Assembly: GCA_963717365.1 (NCBI GenBank)
Contig: OY970327.1
Span: forward strand, 651,599-715,598
From: Candidatus Saccharimonadia bacterium
GTDB lineage: Bacteria > Patescibacteriota > Saccharimonadia > Saccharimonadales > 2-12-FULL-41-12
Length of the DNA: 64,000 nucleotides
Reading direction: 5' to 3'
The translations under genes were made by a program, and so were the position numbers. Under the pieces are notes generated by a model. That model saw only the letters and a list, made by a program, of their open reading frames with translations, was not told the DNA's origin and did no database searches. Position 1 is the first letter of the stretch. Each line of letters begins with the position of its first letter. Positions 37,301 to 45,601 of this stretch are shown here, one piece after another.

Positions 37301-40300
37301 CGACAGCGTTGGCACCGGTACCGACATTGATGGTACGGGCTGCTGCTGCTGCAATGTTACCGAGGTCTATTTGGGTAACTCTGGTGTTGTTGCCTAGTAG
37401 CAAGGTAGAAGCACCGGCTGTACCGACTCCGGACAGGATACTGACGTTGGTGTTGGCAGCGCTGGCTCCGTTGGCGATGTTGACGGTGTTGGTAGAGGTA
37501 TTAGCAGCTCCGGCTATATTAAGAGTTACGCCGGACACAGTGGCGTTGGCAATACTGACTGTTGAGGCCCCGGTGCCGTTGGAGATCAGGACAGACTGAG
37601 CAGCGCTGGAGGAACCTAGCGTTATTGTACCCGTGCCATTGGAGCCGCCAATACTAATTGTCTTAGCCGATGAATTGGTGGAAGTACCGATGTTAATAGC
37701 CGAAGTACCGGTGCTGGAAGTACCGACATCTATAGCAACGTTACCAGCGGTGCCGGTAGTAGAACTGCCGGACTGAAGGGTAACCAGGCCGCTGTTACCG
37801 TTAGTAGTAGCGCCAGACTGTAAGCTGAGAGCACCGGAAGCTCCGGACGTAGCGCCGCCGGCACCGGTAAGGATAGTTATGGCGCCGCCGGCACCGGTAG
37901 CCGAAGCCGTACCGCCGGTAAAGCTCAGAGCTCCGCCGTTATTGGCGTTGCTGCCGCCAGCGGTACCACCTTGGATGGTAATAGCGCCGCCGGCACTACC
38001 GGTGGTAGTCGAAGCACCGGCTCCGCCCTGGACAGTTAGCGCACCGCCGGCATTGGCAACGTTGTTGCTGCCCGTACCACGTACGCTAAACGCAGTTGGA
38101 GCCGTGTTGACACCGCTGCTGTCGGCGTTGCCGAGGAATAAGTTGTTGCTTGTATCAAAGTAAGCCCGCCCGTTGGGTCCCCCGCTGCCGGTAACGATCT
38201 GTAAACCGTTAGCATCGGTAGTTCCTAGGACGGCTGTAGCTCCGAAGGCATTGCCACCCTGGACAAAGGCAGCACCGGTGCCGGTGGTATTACAGCCGGC
38301 CAACTGCCCTGCGGCATTTCGGCAGACTGCTGTGGAAGTATCGGTTGAACCGGCTAAATAATTAACTACGCCGGTAGCACTAACCTGGAAGGCATCGCCT
38401 GTTCCAACTTTAAGAGTTCCGGCTATATCTACGTTGCCAACAAAATTACTGGTGCCCGTGCCTTGGACGGTGAGGTTGGAACTGGCACCCTCTATTATAA
38501 GACTCCCCGTCACTGATAGCTCATTGGCATTCGTGTGAGTAATATAAACTTGTCCGCTATTACCAAGGACTATTATTGCTTCTCCTCCGGGATTATTTCT
38601 TGTGAGAATTATTTGCCCGCTGTCTCCGTAATAGGATGCGATTTGGCTGGCACTCGTTGTGACTCCTTCAGCACTCACCCTAAACACACTCGTAGGACTA
38701 GAGCCGGACTGAAGATCTAATAGGTTGCCGGTTGGGCTGGCATTAGTATTGCTGGCAAAGATCAGGGCGTTACCGGCTCCCGGGTTGCCGGCAGTGGTTA
38801 CTCTTAGTGTGTTGCCTGTATTAGTACCGTTGTCCAGATTCAATACTCCGGAAGCAATGGCGCTGCTGGAGTTGGTAAAGCCGTACAGGTAGTTAGCAGC
38901 CGTGACGGCAAAGCCGGAAGTGTCGGCTACGTTCTTGCCCAAAAAGCCGGTGCCGCCACTGCCGGTAATGGTACCGGAACAAGCCAGATTCCCCGTCGCC
39001 CCGTCTACCGTACAACCAGTCGCACCCGAACCGCCGGCAATGTTGATGGTGGCGGCAGCGGCAGCGGCCGGGCCTATATTGAACGTAGCGGCTGCCGCAC
39101 CCAGGGTAATGTTGGTCGGAGTAGCGAATAAGGCTAGGGTGGCGGCATTGCTGTTGATGGCAGGAGCGTTCAGGTTAATGGTAGCAGCGTTCTGGAGAGT
39201 GGTAGTACCGGCTATTGTAGAACCGATGACAACATTATTGGTTGAGCTGGCTGTAGTGTTGTTGCCTATATTAATAGTCTGCGTAACCGCACCGGTGGTG
39301 TTACCTATCTGGACGGTGTTGGCTACTCCGGAAGATCCTATGCCGATAGTGCCGGAAGTAGCTGATTGTATGGAGACAGCAGAGGCACCATTGCCACCCT
39401 GTATAAGAGTCGTGTGGGCGGCTCCGCCTATGCTACCGAGAGTAACACCGACTGTACCGGTAGTCGTACCGCCGTTGCCAATGGCTACAGTGTTGGTAGT
39501 GCCGGCACCGGGCGTGCCGTTGGCGATGTTAACGATCTTGCCGCCGGACGTAGTTGAAGTGCCGCCGCCGATGGTTATAGTCTGAGTAGAAGCGGTGCCG
39601 TTAGCCGACTGGATATTCAGGAGCTGGGTGGCAGCCGTGGTGGCCTGACCGAGCGTTATGGTACCGGTCTGGGTGGTGCCGCCGACAGTGATGGTGCCGG
39701 CGACAGCAGCAGTGCCGAGGTTAATAACGTTATTGTTGGTGGTACCGACACTGATGGTACCCGAAGCTGCAGCCTGGACAGATACAGCAGAGGCACCATT
39801 GCCACCCTGTATAAGAGTCGTGTGGGCGGCTCCGCCTATGCTACCGAGAGTAACACCGACTGTACCGGTAGTCGTACCGCCGTTACCGATAGCTACAGTG
39901 TTGGTAGTGCCGGCACCTGGGGTGCCGTTGGCGATGTTAACGATCTTGCCGCCGGACGTAGTTGAAGTGCCGCCGCCGATGGTTATAGTCTGAGTAGAAG
40001 CGGTGCCGTTAGCCGACTGGATATTCAGGAGCTGGGTGGCAGCCGTGGTGGCCTGACCGAGCGTTATGGTACCGGTCTGGGTGGTGCCGCCGACAGTGAT
40101 GGTGCCGGCGACAGCAGCAGTGCCGAGGTTAATAACGTTATTGTTGGTGGTACCGACACTGATGGTACCCGAAGCTGCAGCCTGGACAGATACAGCAGAG
40201 GCACCATTGCCACCCTGTATAAGAGTCGTGTGGGCGGCTCCGCCTATGCTACCGAGAGTAACACCGACTGTACCGGTAGTCGTACCGCCGTTACCGATAG

Positions 40301-43300
40301 CTACAGTGTTGGTAGTGCCGGCACCTGGGGTGCCGTTGGCGATGTTAACGATCTTGCCGCCGGACGTAGTTGAAGTGCCGCCGCCGATGGTTATAGTCTG
40401 AGTAGAAGCGGTGCCGTTAGCCGACTGGATATTCAGGAGCTGGGTGGCAGCCGTGGTGGCCTGACCGAGCGTTATGGTACCGGTCTGGGTGGTGCCGCCG
40501 ACAGTGATGGTCTTGGCTGTTGAGTTAGTACTGGTACCAATATTGATTTGCGGGGTACCGCTAGTTGAGGTCCCGACATCAATCGACACATTACCGGCGG
40601 TAGTTGTTGCATCACCAGACTGCAAGACTATATTACCGCTGCCAGACGTAGCTCCTGAAGCTGTACCCGACTTGATCGTCAGTACCTGAGAGTTGGTACT
40701 GGCAGTTGTCGTGTCAGCCGTACCAACCTTAGAGTTAGTCGTATCGACATTAAAGATGCTCGTGCCGGCCGCATTCTGGACTTGGAAGGCAGTGGTAGAG
40801 TCAGTAGAAGGCTTGAACAGAACACTGCCAGAGCTACTAAAACTGCCTACTAGATTGCCTGCACCGTCTCTTAGATCTAATATGTCACCAATACCGGCGA
40901 CGTTAGCCTGCAAGACACCCGCAACAGTACCAGAGGTTGCTGCCTTAACATAAAAGTTAGCATCCTGGCTATTTACGCCGTTAACAATAACATTGTTGTT
41001 AGCAAATGCAACTATGGTTGCAGCGATAGTGTAGGAGTTACCACTTGAAGCTTGGTTGGCAGTTGGCGATAATGCAACACCGCTTGTGGTTGCAGTTTTG
41101 TAGGCAACTACCCCTTGTGTGCCTGTAGTAATGCGGTAGCTAAAGCCAGACGTAGCACCAGCCGAGGCTGGTGTATTTGCCACAAATCCATAGCCTGCAT
41201 AAAGTTCATTGGTAGCCTGAGGAGTAAGGGTCGGATATGTTACCGTTGCGCTACCGGTGTTAAATTGTGTAGAGCTACTATCAATGCTCCAGGTTCCATA
41301 TGCGTTGCCCATAGTATACTCATCGACAGCAATATCTGTTGAGCCTGTATTTCCTGAGAAGGTTAAGGTTGCTGTGCTGGCACCAGTTGTAGTAATTACA
41401 CCGCGCCATAACTCGACACATTTTACTGTTCCAGAACCGTTACAGCCAGAAGCTATCTTCTGCCAGCTTGTTACACCACCACCCGATATACTATTTACTG
41501 TTTGAATGTTCTGGTAACCAACTCCAAGAACCAAAAGGTCTCCTACGTTTGCAGGAACCACGTTAACTGTTACTTGGTTTGAGCCGTTTGCACTCCAGCC
41601 CGTGACATGAGTGACGGGCGCATTGGTAACTTGCTGGAAACAAGAACCAAAGGTTAACTGGCTTGAATCAAGTTGTGAGGTAACCAGACAAAGTCCGGTT
41701 GAAGGAGTTGTATCAGGAAGTTTTAGAGTATAATTGGCGCTCAAAGTTGAAGGCGCAGCAATTGTAATGGTATTGCTGTCACCACTAGTTTTGAATTCTA
41801 ATTTACCAGAAAGCACGTTTGAATCACCGAGGATAACAGCACCGCTGGTGGTGCTTGCTGTAAGTATGGAGTCCCCGGATGTATTTTGAACTTGGAAGGC
41901 AGCGGTTGAAGCATTGGCTGGTTTTATTAAAACCCCGCTATTGGAAGACCCGCTAGGCAAAAGATTTATACCCCCACTACCAGCCTGTAAGGTCAAGGAC
42001 GATGTGGAATTAACAGACCCAATAGTTACAAGTTGTACTCCAGCTGAACTATCAGCAATGTGTATTGTAGTATCCTGAGCCGTAGAGCCGACTGAACCTA
42101 TGTTAATAGCCTTGGAAGCAACGTCGTTTATGCCTATATTAATAATGCCCGAAGCAGCAGCTTGCAAGACAATGTCACCGGTACCAGTACCAGTGCCACC
42201 TTGGATGATGGCTGTGGAGGCACCGTTATTAGTACCGATCGTAATATTGTTCTTACCAGTACCGGTAGCACTATCACCAATGCGGATGGTTTGGGTGGCG
42301 GCGTTAGCTACTTGAGCAGCACCTATGTTTATGGCCTGGCCAGCGGTTGACTGACCGAGCGTTATGGTACCGGTCTGGGTGGTGCCGCCGACAGTGATGG
42401 TGCCGGCAACAGCAGCAGTGCCGAGGTTAATAACGTTATTGTTGGTGGTACCGACACTGATGGTACCCGAAGCTGCAGCCTGGACAGATACAGCAGAGGC
42501 ACCATTGCCACCCTGTATAAGAGTCGTGTGGGCGGCTCCGCCTATGCTACCGAGAGTAACACCGACTGTACCGGTAGTCGTACCGCCGTTACCGATAGCT
42601 ACAGTGTTGGTAGTGCCGGCACCTGGGGTGCCGTTGGCGATGTTAACGATCTTGCCGCCGGACGTAGTTGAAGTGCCGCCGCCGATGGTTATAGTCTGAG
42701 TAGAAGCGGTGCCGTTAGCCGACTGGATATTCAGGAGCTGGGTGGCAGCCGTGGTGGCCTGACCGAGCGTTATGGTACCGGTCTGGGTGGTGCCGCCGAC
42801 AGTGATGGTGCCGGCAACTGCCGCGCTGCCGATGGCAATAACATTGTTACTGGCCGTACCAACATTGATGGTACCGCCGGCTCCGGCCTGAATGTTAACA
42901 GCGGTTGAGCCCGTGCCACCCTGGATGCTAGTGGTAGAGGCGTTGGTAGTAGAACCAATAGAGATGAGGTTGGTACCGGCACCGGTTGGTGCCGTGTTGC
43001 CGATGTTAATAGTCTTACCACCGGCTACGCTGGTAGCACCGGTGCCGATGTTGAGGGTATCGATGCCGACAGCGTTGGCACCGGTACCGACATTGATGGT
43101 ACGGGCTGCTGCTGCTGCAATGTTACCGAGGTCTATTTGGGTAACTCTGGTGTTGTTGCCTAGTAGCAAGGTAGAAGCACCGGCTGTACCGACTCCGGAC
43201 AGGATACTGACGTTGGTGTTGGCAGCGCTGGCTCCGTTGGCGATGTTGACGGTGTTGGTAGAGGTATTAGCAGCTCCGGCTATATTAAGAGTTACGCCGG

Positions 43301-44798
43301 ACACAGTGGCGTTGGCAATACTGACTGTTGAGGCCCCGGTGCCGTTGGAGATCAGGACAGAGTTAGTACCGGAACTGCTGCCGAGAGTGATGTTGCCGGT
43401 TTGGGCCGTACCGCCGATAGCAATAGTACCGGTCGTAGTACTGGCACCCATGGTGTAGGTAGAGCCGGCTACGCCGTCTAGGGTGTAGTTGCCGGTGCCG
43501 ACACGGAGGTTTAGGGCGGTGGCACTTGTAGCAGTACCTATAGTAATAGTTCCTTTAGTGGCGTCGGACGTGGAGTCAATAGTAATGCCTCCTGAAGCTG
43601 CACTACTTCCATATATAGTGCTGGCTATCAATGAGCCGGAGCCGCTGCTACCGTTAGTAACCTTGAGCACTCCGGCAGCTTGGCGGGACAAACCTACGTC
43701 ACCACCTGAGGTACTGGCACTGGCGCTAAAAGTTATCTGCCGACTCTCACTATAACTACCGATGTTTATGCCTTGGTTTCCGTGGATATAGATAACATTC
43801 GCCGTACTGTTGCTCGAGACAGAAACTATTCCGTGTCCAGCACCGGCTGCGCCCGGTCCTACTGTCAATGTCGGATTAGTCCCCCCGCCAAACGCAAACT
43901 GTGGAGTACCGGCAGTGTTTTGCAACTGCAACAAGTCCACTGTCTGTCCTCCGGCAGCGCCCCGGATAATACCGCCAATGGTTCCCGTGGTAGTACTGTT
44001 GGTAGCCTGGATATTGAAGTTGGAGGCTGCCTGCGGCGTACCTGAGCCGCCCGTATTTTGAATATAAAACGCCGAGCCGGTGGCGGCTGGGCAATTAGAG
44101 GTAGCGCCGTTGAAGATACAGATGGTTCCGGGGCTGGCAGTGGTGGCCAGGGTGCTATCCGGCAGCAAGTATTTGCGGTCTACCGTCAGGCTGCTGAAGT
44201 CTACCGTGCCTACCCCGCCGCCGGCTGTTGTCTTCACCAGGGTTTCGGATTGCTTGGCCTGGAAGGCGTATGGCACCGAGGTGAGTTTGATCCTCGGGCT
44301 CATCTCGCCGTCCGGGGCACAAGCGTTGGAGCCGTACGGCGTGGTAAACGGCGCTCCACAGGTGCCCAGCTGGGCGGTATTACCGACGTTCATGGTCAGC
44401 CACATGTCCTGGTCCCAGTTAATCGCCGGGAAGGCCGACTGGGAGCCCAGGTTGACGCTGAGGTAGCCGTTGACTACCCTGACCCGGTTGTCGTTGCCGG
44501 CGGTTACCCCGTTGCTGTCGTAGTACGTTTCGCTCCAAAGGGACGAACCGCCGGAAGCAACGCTGTACAGCTTGAACTCGATGTTGTAGAACCCATCGGG
44601 TACGATGCTGCCGCTGCTGTTGAGCAGGCGGGCCTGGAAGTTGAGGTTTGAGGAAGTAGCGGCATAGACGGGTGCCGGCGTGCTTAAGCGCGTATAAGAA
44701 AATACCCCTGTTAGGATGACCACAATCAAAACCAGGAAAACACGAAAACTGCGTAATACGCAGCATAGGGATTTGACCTGTTTTAAATTGTTTTGCAT
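34326..44798 (-). CDS. Giant surface protein G3 (about 3490 aa): signal/anchor, N-domain shared with G1, beta-helix-like T/G/A/N/I repeats with large identical duplications, distinct Cys-containing C-terminal domain, no S74 domain
   Basis: The track start at 44939 is a TTG that coincides with the -35 hexamer of the predicted promoter. The first in-frame ATG is at 44798 (MQNNLKQVKSLCCVLRSFRVFLVLIVVILTGVFSY...PAPVYA|ATSS). Short repeats such as NVIAIGSAAVAG, NTVAIGNGGTTTG and TINVGTGANAVGIDTLNIGTGATSVAGG resemble YadA-head / Hep_Hag-type motifs. Confidence 0.8.
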   Translation of the reverse strand: MQNNLKQVKSLCCVLRSFRVFLVLIVVILTGVFSYTRLSTPAPVYAATSSNLNFQARLLNSSGSIVPDGFYNIEFKLYSVASGGSSLWSETYYDSNGVTAGNDNRVRVVNGYLSVNLGSQSAFPAINWDQDMWLTMNVGNTAQLGTCGAPFTTPYGSNACAPDGEMSPRIKLTSVPYAFQAKQSETLVKTTAGGGVGTVDFSSLTVDRKYLLPDSTLATTASPGTICIFNGATSNCPAATGSAFYIQNTGGSGTPQAASNFNIQATNSTTTGTIGGIIRGAAGGQTVDLLQLQNTAGTPQFAFGGGTNPTLTVGPGAAGAGHGIVSVSSNSTANVIYIHGNQGINIGSYSESRQITFSASASTSGGDVGLSRQAAGVLKVTNGSSGSGSLIASTIYGSSAASGGITIDSTSDATKGTITIGTATSATALNLRVGTGNYTLDGVAGSTYTMGASTTTGTIAIGGTAQTGNITLGSSSGTNSVLISNGTGASTVSIANATVSGVTLNIAGAANTSTNTVNIANGASAANTNVSILSGVGTAGASTLLLGNNTRVTQIDLGNIAAAAARTINVGTGANAVGIDTLNIGTGATSVAGGKTINIGNTAPTGAGTNLISIGSTTNASTTSIQGGTGSTAVNIQAGAGGTINVGTASNNVIAIGSAAVAGTITVGGTTQTGTITLGQATTAATQLLNIQSANGTASTQTITIGGGTSTTSGGKIVNIANGTPGAGTTNTVAIGNGGTTTGTVGVTLGSIGGAAHTTLIQGGNGASAVSVQAAASGTISVGTTNNNVINLGTAAVAGTITVGGTTQTGTITLGQSTAGQAINIGAAQVANAATQTIRIGDSATGTGKNNITIGTNNGASTAIIQGGTGTGTGDIVLQAAASGIINIGINDVASKAINIGSVGSTAQDTTIHIADSSAGVQLVTIGSVNSTSSLTLQAGSGGINLLPSGSSNSGVLIKPANASTAAFQVQNTSGDSILTASTTSGAVILGDSNVLSGKLEFKTSGDSNTITIAAPSTLSANYTLKLPDTTPSTGLCLVTSQLDSSQLTFGSCFQQVTNAPVTHVTGWSANGSNQVTVNVVPANVGDLLVLGVGYQNIQTVNSISGGGVTSWQKIASGCNGSGTVKCVELWRGVITTTGASTATLTFSGNTGSTDIAVDEYTMGNAYGTWSIDSSSTQFNTGSATVTYPTLTPQATNELYAGYGFVANTPASAGATSGFSYRITTGTQGVVAYKTATTSGVALSPTANQASSGNSYTIAATIVAFANNNVIVNGVNSQDANFYVKAATSGTVAGVLQANVAGIGDILDLRDGAGNLVGSFSSSGSVLFKPSTDSTTAFQVQNAAGTSIFNVDTTNSKVGTADTTTASTNSQVLTIKSGTASGATSGSGNIVLQSGDATTTAGNVSIDVGTSTSGTPQINIGTSTNSTAKTITVGGTTQTGTITLGQATTAATQLLNIQSANGTASTQTITIGGGTSTTSGGKIVNIANGTPGAGTTNTVAIGNGGTTTGTVGVTLGSIGGAAHTTLIQGGNGASAVSVQAAASGTISVGTTNNNVINLGTAAVAGTITVGGTTQTGTITLGQATTAATQLLNIQSANGTASTQTITIGGGTSTTSGGKIVNIANGTPGAGTTNTVAIGNGGTTTGTVGVTLGSIGGAAHTTLIQGGNGASAVSVQAAASGTISVGTTNNNVINLGTAAVAGTITVGGTTQTGTITLGQATTAATQLLNIQSANGTASTQTITIGGGTSTTSGGKIVNIANGTPGAGTTNTVAIGNGGTTTGTVGVTLGSIGGAAHTTLIQGGNGASAVSIQSATSGTIGIGSSGVANTVQIGNTTGAVTQTINIGNNTTASSTNNVVIGSTIAGTTTLQNAATINLNAPAINSNAATLALFATPTNITLGAAAATFNIGPAAAAAATINIAGGSGATGCTVDGATGNLACSGTITGSGGTGFLGKNVADTSGFAVTAANYLYGFTNSSSAIASGVLNLDNGTNTGNTLRVTTAGNPGAGNALIFASNTNASPTGNLLDLQSGSSPTSVFRVSAEGVTTSASQIASYYGDSGQIILTRNNPGGEAIIVLGNSGQVYITHTNANELSVTGSLIIEGASSNLTVQGTGTSNFVGNVDIAGTLKVGTGDAFQVSATGVVNYLAGSTDTSTAVCRNAAGQLAGCNTTGTGAAFVQGGNAFGATAVLGTTDANGLQIVTGSGGPNGRAYFDTSNNLFLGNADSSGVNTAPTAFSVRGTGSNNVANAGGALTVQGGAGASTTTGSAGGAITIQGGTAGGSNANNGGALSFTGGTASATGAGGAITILTGAGGATSGASGALSLQSGATTNGNSGLVTLQSGSSTTGTAGNVAIDVGTSSTGTSAINIGTSTNSSAKTISIGGSNGTGTITLGSSSAAQSVLISNGTGASTVSIANATVSGVTLNIAGAANTSTNTVNIANGASAANTNVSILSGVGTAGASTLLLGNNTRVTQIDLGNIAAAAARTINVGTGANAVGIDTLNIGTGATSVAGGKTINIGNTAPTGAGTNLISIGSTTNASTTSIQGGTGSTAVNIQAGAGGTINVGTASNNVIAIGSAAVAGTITVGGTTQTGTITLGQATTAATQLLNIQSANGTASTQTITIGGGTSTTSGGKIVNIANGTPGAGTTNTVAIGNGGTTTGTVGVTLGSIGGAAHTTLIQGGNGASAVSIQSATSGTIGIGSSGVANTVQIGNTTGAVTQTINIGNNTTASSTNNVVIGSTIAGTTTLQNAATINLNAPAINSNAATLALFATPTNITLGAAAATFNIGPAAAAAATINIAGGSGATGCTVDGASGTLDCSSHITSTNGNIIGLRVAASQDFTLNTGADNLGYIQKIATVNGSVAAGDVVVRSTAVANRVETTTTARDTRVYGVSLISQTTGLNTSVIFAGNTTINVDTSAVAVGDQLVTSTTAGRATADNNATSGIIGYALSAKAGGSNGTVSIAIVPSNGQASPYFRTNDFRVQDATGATNLLRIDGSTSRLAIGPAAVPANGVLTVGTDTTAASGGLYFGTDTSLYRSAANSLNTGGVFTASGNIVSYTGPSTYASLQANGEIYATGSIDAADGTAEEVKIGAVGTGSKSGIVFGAGGANSVNLYRPSADILMTDDNLTVTQAATLVQATPNTYGLRLMGSVAGSEALTFGANGSNAFIQSWGGRTLELNNQGNAVYFRSATTTGNAVYFGSNSANLYESSASTLATDGSLLINRTDAAAFKVQSAAAADVMFNIDTSGNFIKVGNSTGTTTATTQFVLDTATTAPSADGAGVNGAMYYDSTLGRIQCYESGVWGSCSTLDQTITLTPEYQGAVMTGDGSNNTGTMTSDFCINRTTSPALSINVVGTNCAVDESRNYYAWTAQATNDYDIWVRYQLPSDFSSFAASNPVQFSGWRSSSSAGTSVTMTMYNTAGVVCGTATSIANTTTWTQTTYTSSGCIPSANEVMTIRLTLSVGVNNEIARAGDITISYKSK
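36350..37010 (-). repeat. Dispersed duplicate (offset 2652 bp) of 39002..39662 within G3
   Basis: Identical antisense shadow peptides (MLMVAAAAAAGPILNVAAAAPRVMLVGVANKARVAALLLMAGAF...) are seen in ORFs 36388..36933 and 38902..39585. Reading the nucleotides shows only a few differences (cgttaccgatagc vs cgttgccaatggc). Confidence 0.8.
36725..37595 (-). repeat. 871-bp dispersed duplicate (offset 5766 bp) of 42491..43361 within G3, apparently 100% identical
   Basis: The two stretches, read side by side, are identical from cagcagaggcacc... to ...ggagatcaggacaga. The shadow ORFs 37004..37255 and 42770..43021 give identical peptides. Confidence 0.85.
39376..40510 (-). repeat. 408-bp (136-aa) tandem repeat, about 2.8 copies, with extra single copies at about 42364..42770 and 36600..37000
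   Basis: Shadow ORFs at 39658 and 40066 (period 408) and at 42364 give identical peptides. The unit is TITVGGTTQTGTITLGQATTAATQLLNIQSANGTASTQTITIGGGTSTTSGGKIVNIANGTPGAGTTNTVAIGNGGTTTGTVGVTLGSIGGAAHTTLIQGGNGASAVSVQAAASGTISVGTTNNNVINLGTAAVAG. Confidence 0.85.
42491..43361 (-). repeat. Partner copy of the 871-bp dispersed duplicate (see 36725..37595)
   Basis: Same evidence as for 36725..37595. Confidence 0.85.
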
Positions 44799-44910
44799 TT
44801 TGGTTTGGTTTTGGTTTGGTTTGGGATTTGGTGTTAGCTGTTTTTTAGCTGTTAGTTTTTTGAATTTGTTTTGGTTATTTTTTGTTCTGTTTTTTAATAA
44901 CCTGAGCACT

Positions 44911-44959
44911 AGTATGGAGCATCCTGAATAAGGGGTCAATGGTTAATTGAGTACAAAAT
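44911..44959 (-). promoter_or_regulatory. Promoter-like block upstream of G3 (-10 CATACT, -35 TTGACC, upstream ATTTTGTACTC element)
   Basis: The minus strand reads ATTTTGTACTCaattaaccaTTGACC-N17-CATACT, with -10 at complement 44911-44916 and -35 at complement 44934-44939. It is followed by an A/C-rich leader of about 105 nt ending CCAAACCAAACCAAAACCAAACCAAA-ATG. Confidence 0.45.
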
Positions 44960-45134
44960 TTATGTATCAATATAGATGTGTAAATTACAATGATATTGAA
45001 TTTATATCGTAGTTTATAATACTACGATAATTGTCTCTAACCACTGTATCTGCGAAAAATACTGAATAATATAGGTGTTCAAACACCTTAAATTCGAAGT
45101 TATTTATACAACATTCCGTCTAGTAAACGTCCAG

Positions 45135-45143
45135 TTATCCACA
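45135..45143 (+). promoter_or_regulatory. Perfect DnaA-box 9-mer TTATCCACA (followed by G) upstream of G3
   Basis: Read directly as ccagTTATCCACAggaaaa. The palindrome AGGTGTTCAAACACCT lies at 45073-45088. Confidence 0.4.
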
Positions 45144-45309
45144 GGAAAATACTGTTTTAAGTTACCAGAATATGAATTATGCAGTTAAAAAAGTCAGTAA
45201 GTACTGTTAATCTAGCTTTTTGTTTGGAGTTAGGTCTAGCAAGTTTAGTCACGTGGACTTTGTGCCACCGGCCATCCAGTAAGACAGCCAAATACCTTGA
45301 TCTTGAAAT

Positions 45310-45370
45310 TACACACTAGTACACACTTGATTAGATGACTGGTGTGTACGGCGTGTGTATTCAGTGTGTA
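45310..45370. promoter_or_regulatory. Array of five phased 8-mers (2x TACACACT, then 3x NGTGTGTA) in the G4/G3 intergenic region
   Basis: TACACACT occurs at 45310-45317 and 45320-45327. GGTGTGTA is at 45341-45348, CGTGTGTA at 45352-45359 and AGTGTGTA at 45363-45370. Spacing is 10-11 bp. Confidence 0.45.
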
Positions 45371-45601
45371 GTTACAAAAAACAGGCTAACAAGTACTGTG
45401 AGGAGGTATTGAGACTCCGGCATAGTCTGGTTGGCAAGCTTACCCGGAAGCAATGATATTGCAGACGGACAGCTTTCTCTGATAACTCCTACGTTGTCAG
45501 TGCCCGTCGTCCAGGGCCGATTAACACGTGAATATAGCTCAAAGAAAGCCATTAGAATAGCTAGTGCCTGCTAACATGGAGTTTCCGTCCGATAAACTAA
45601 T

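Noticed and set aside
45361-45552. 63-aa minus-strand ORF and possible structured RNA (SRP, RNase P, tmRNA, riboswitch) in the G4/G3 intergenic block
   Set aside because: The ORF has no ribosome-binding site and an unremarkable product. I looked for the hallmark motifs of SRP RNA (GGAA-tetraloop helix 8), RNase P (GAGGAAAGTCC) and tmRNA (tRNA-Ala-like 3' end) and found none. It is kept only as a note under the 8-mer array finding.
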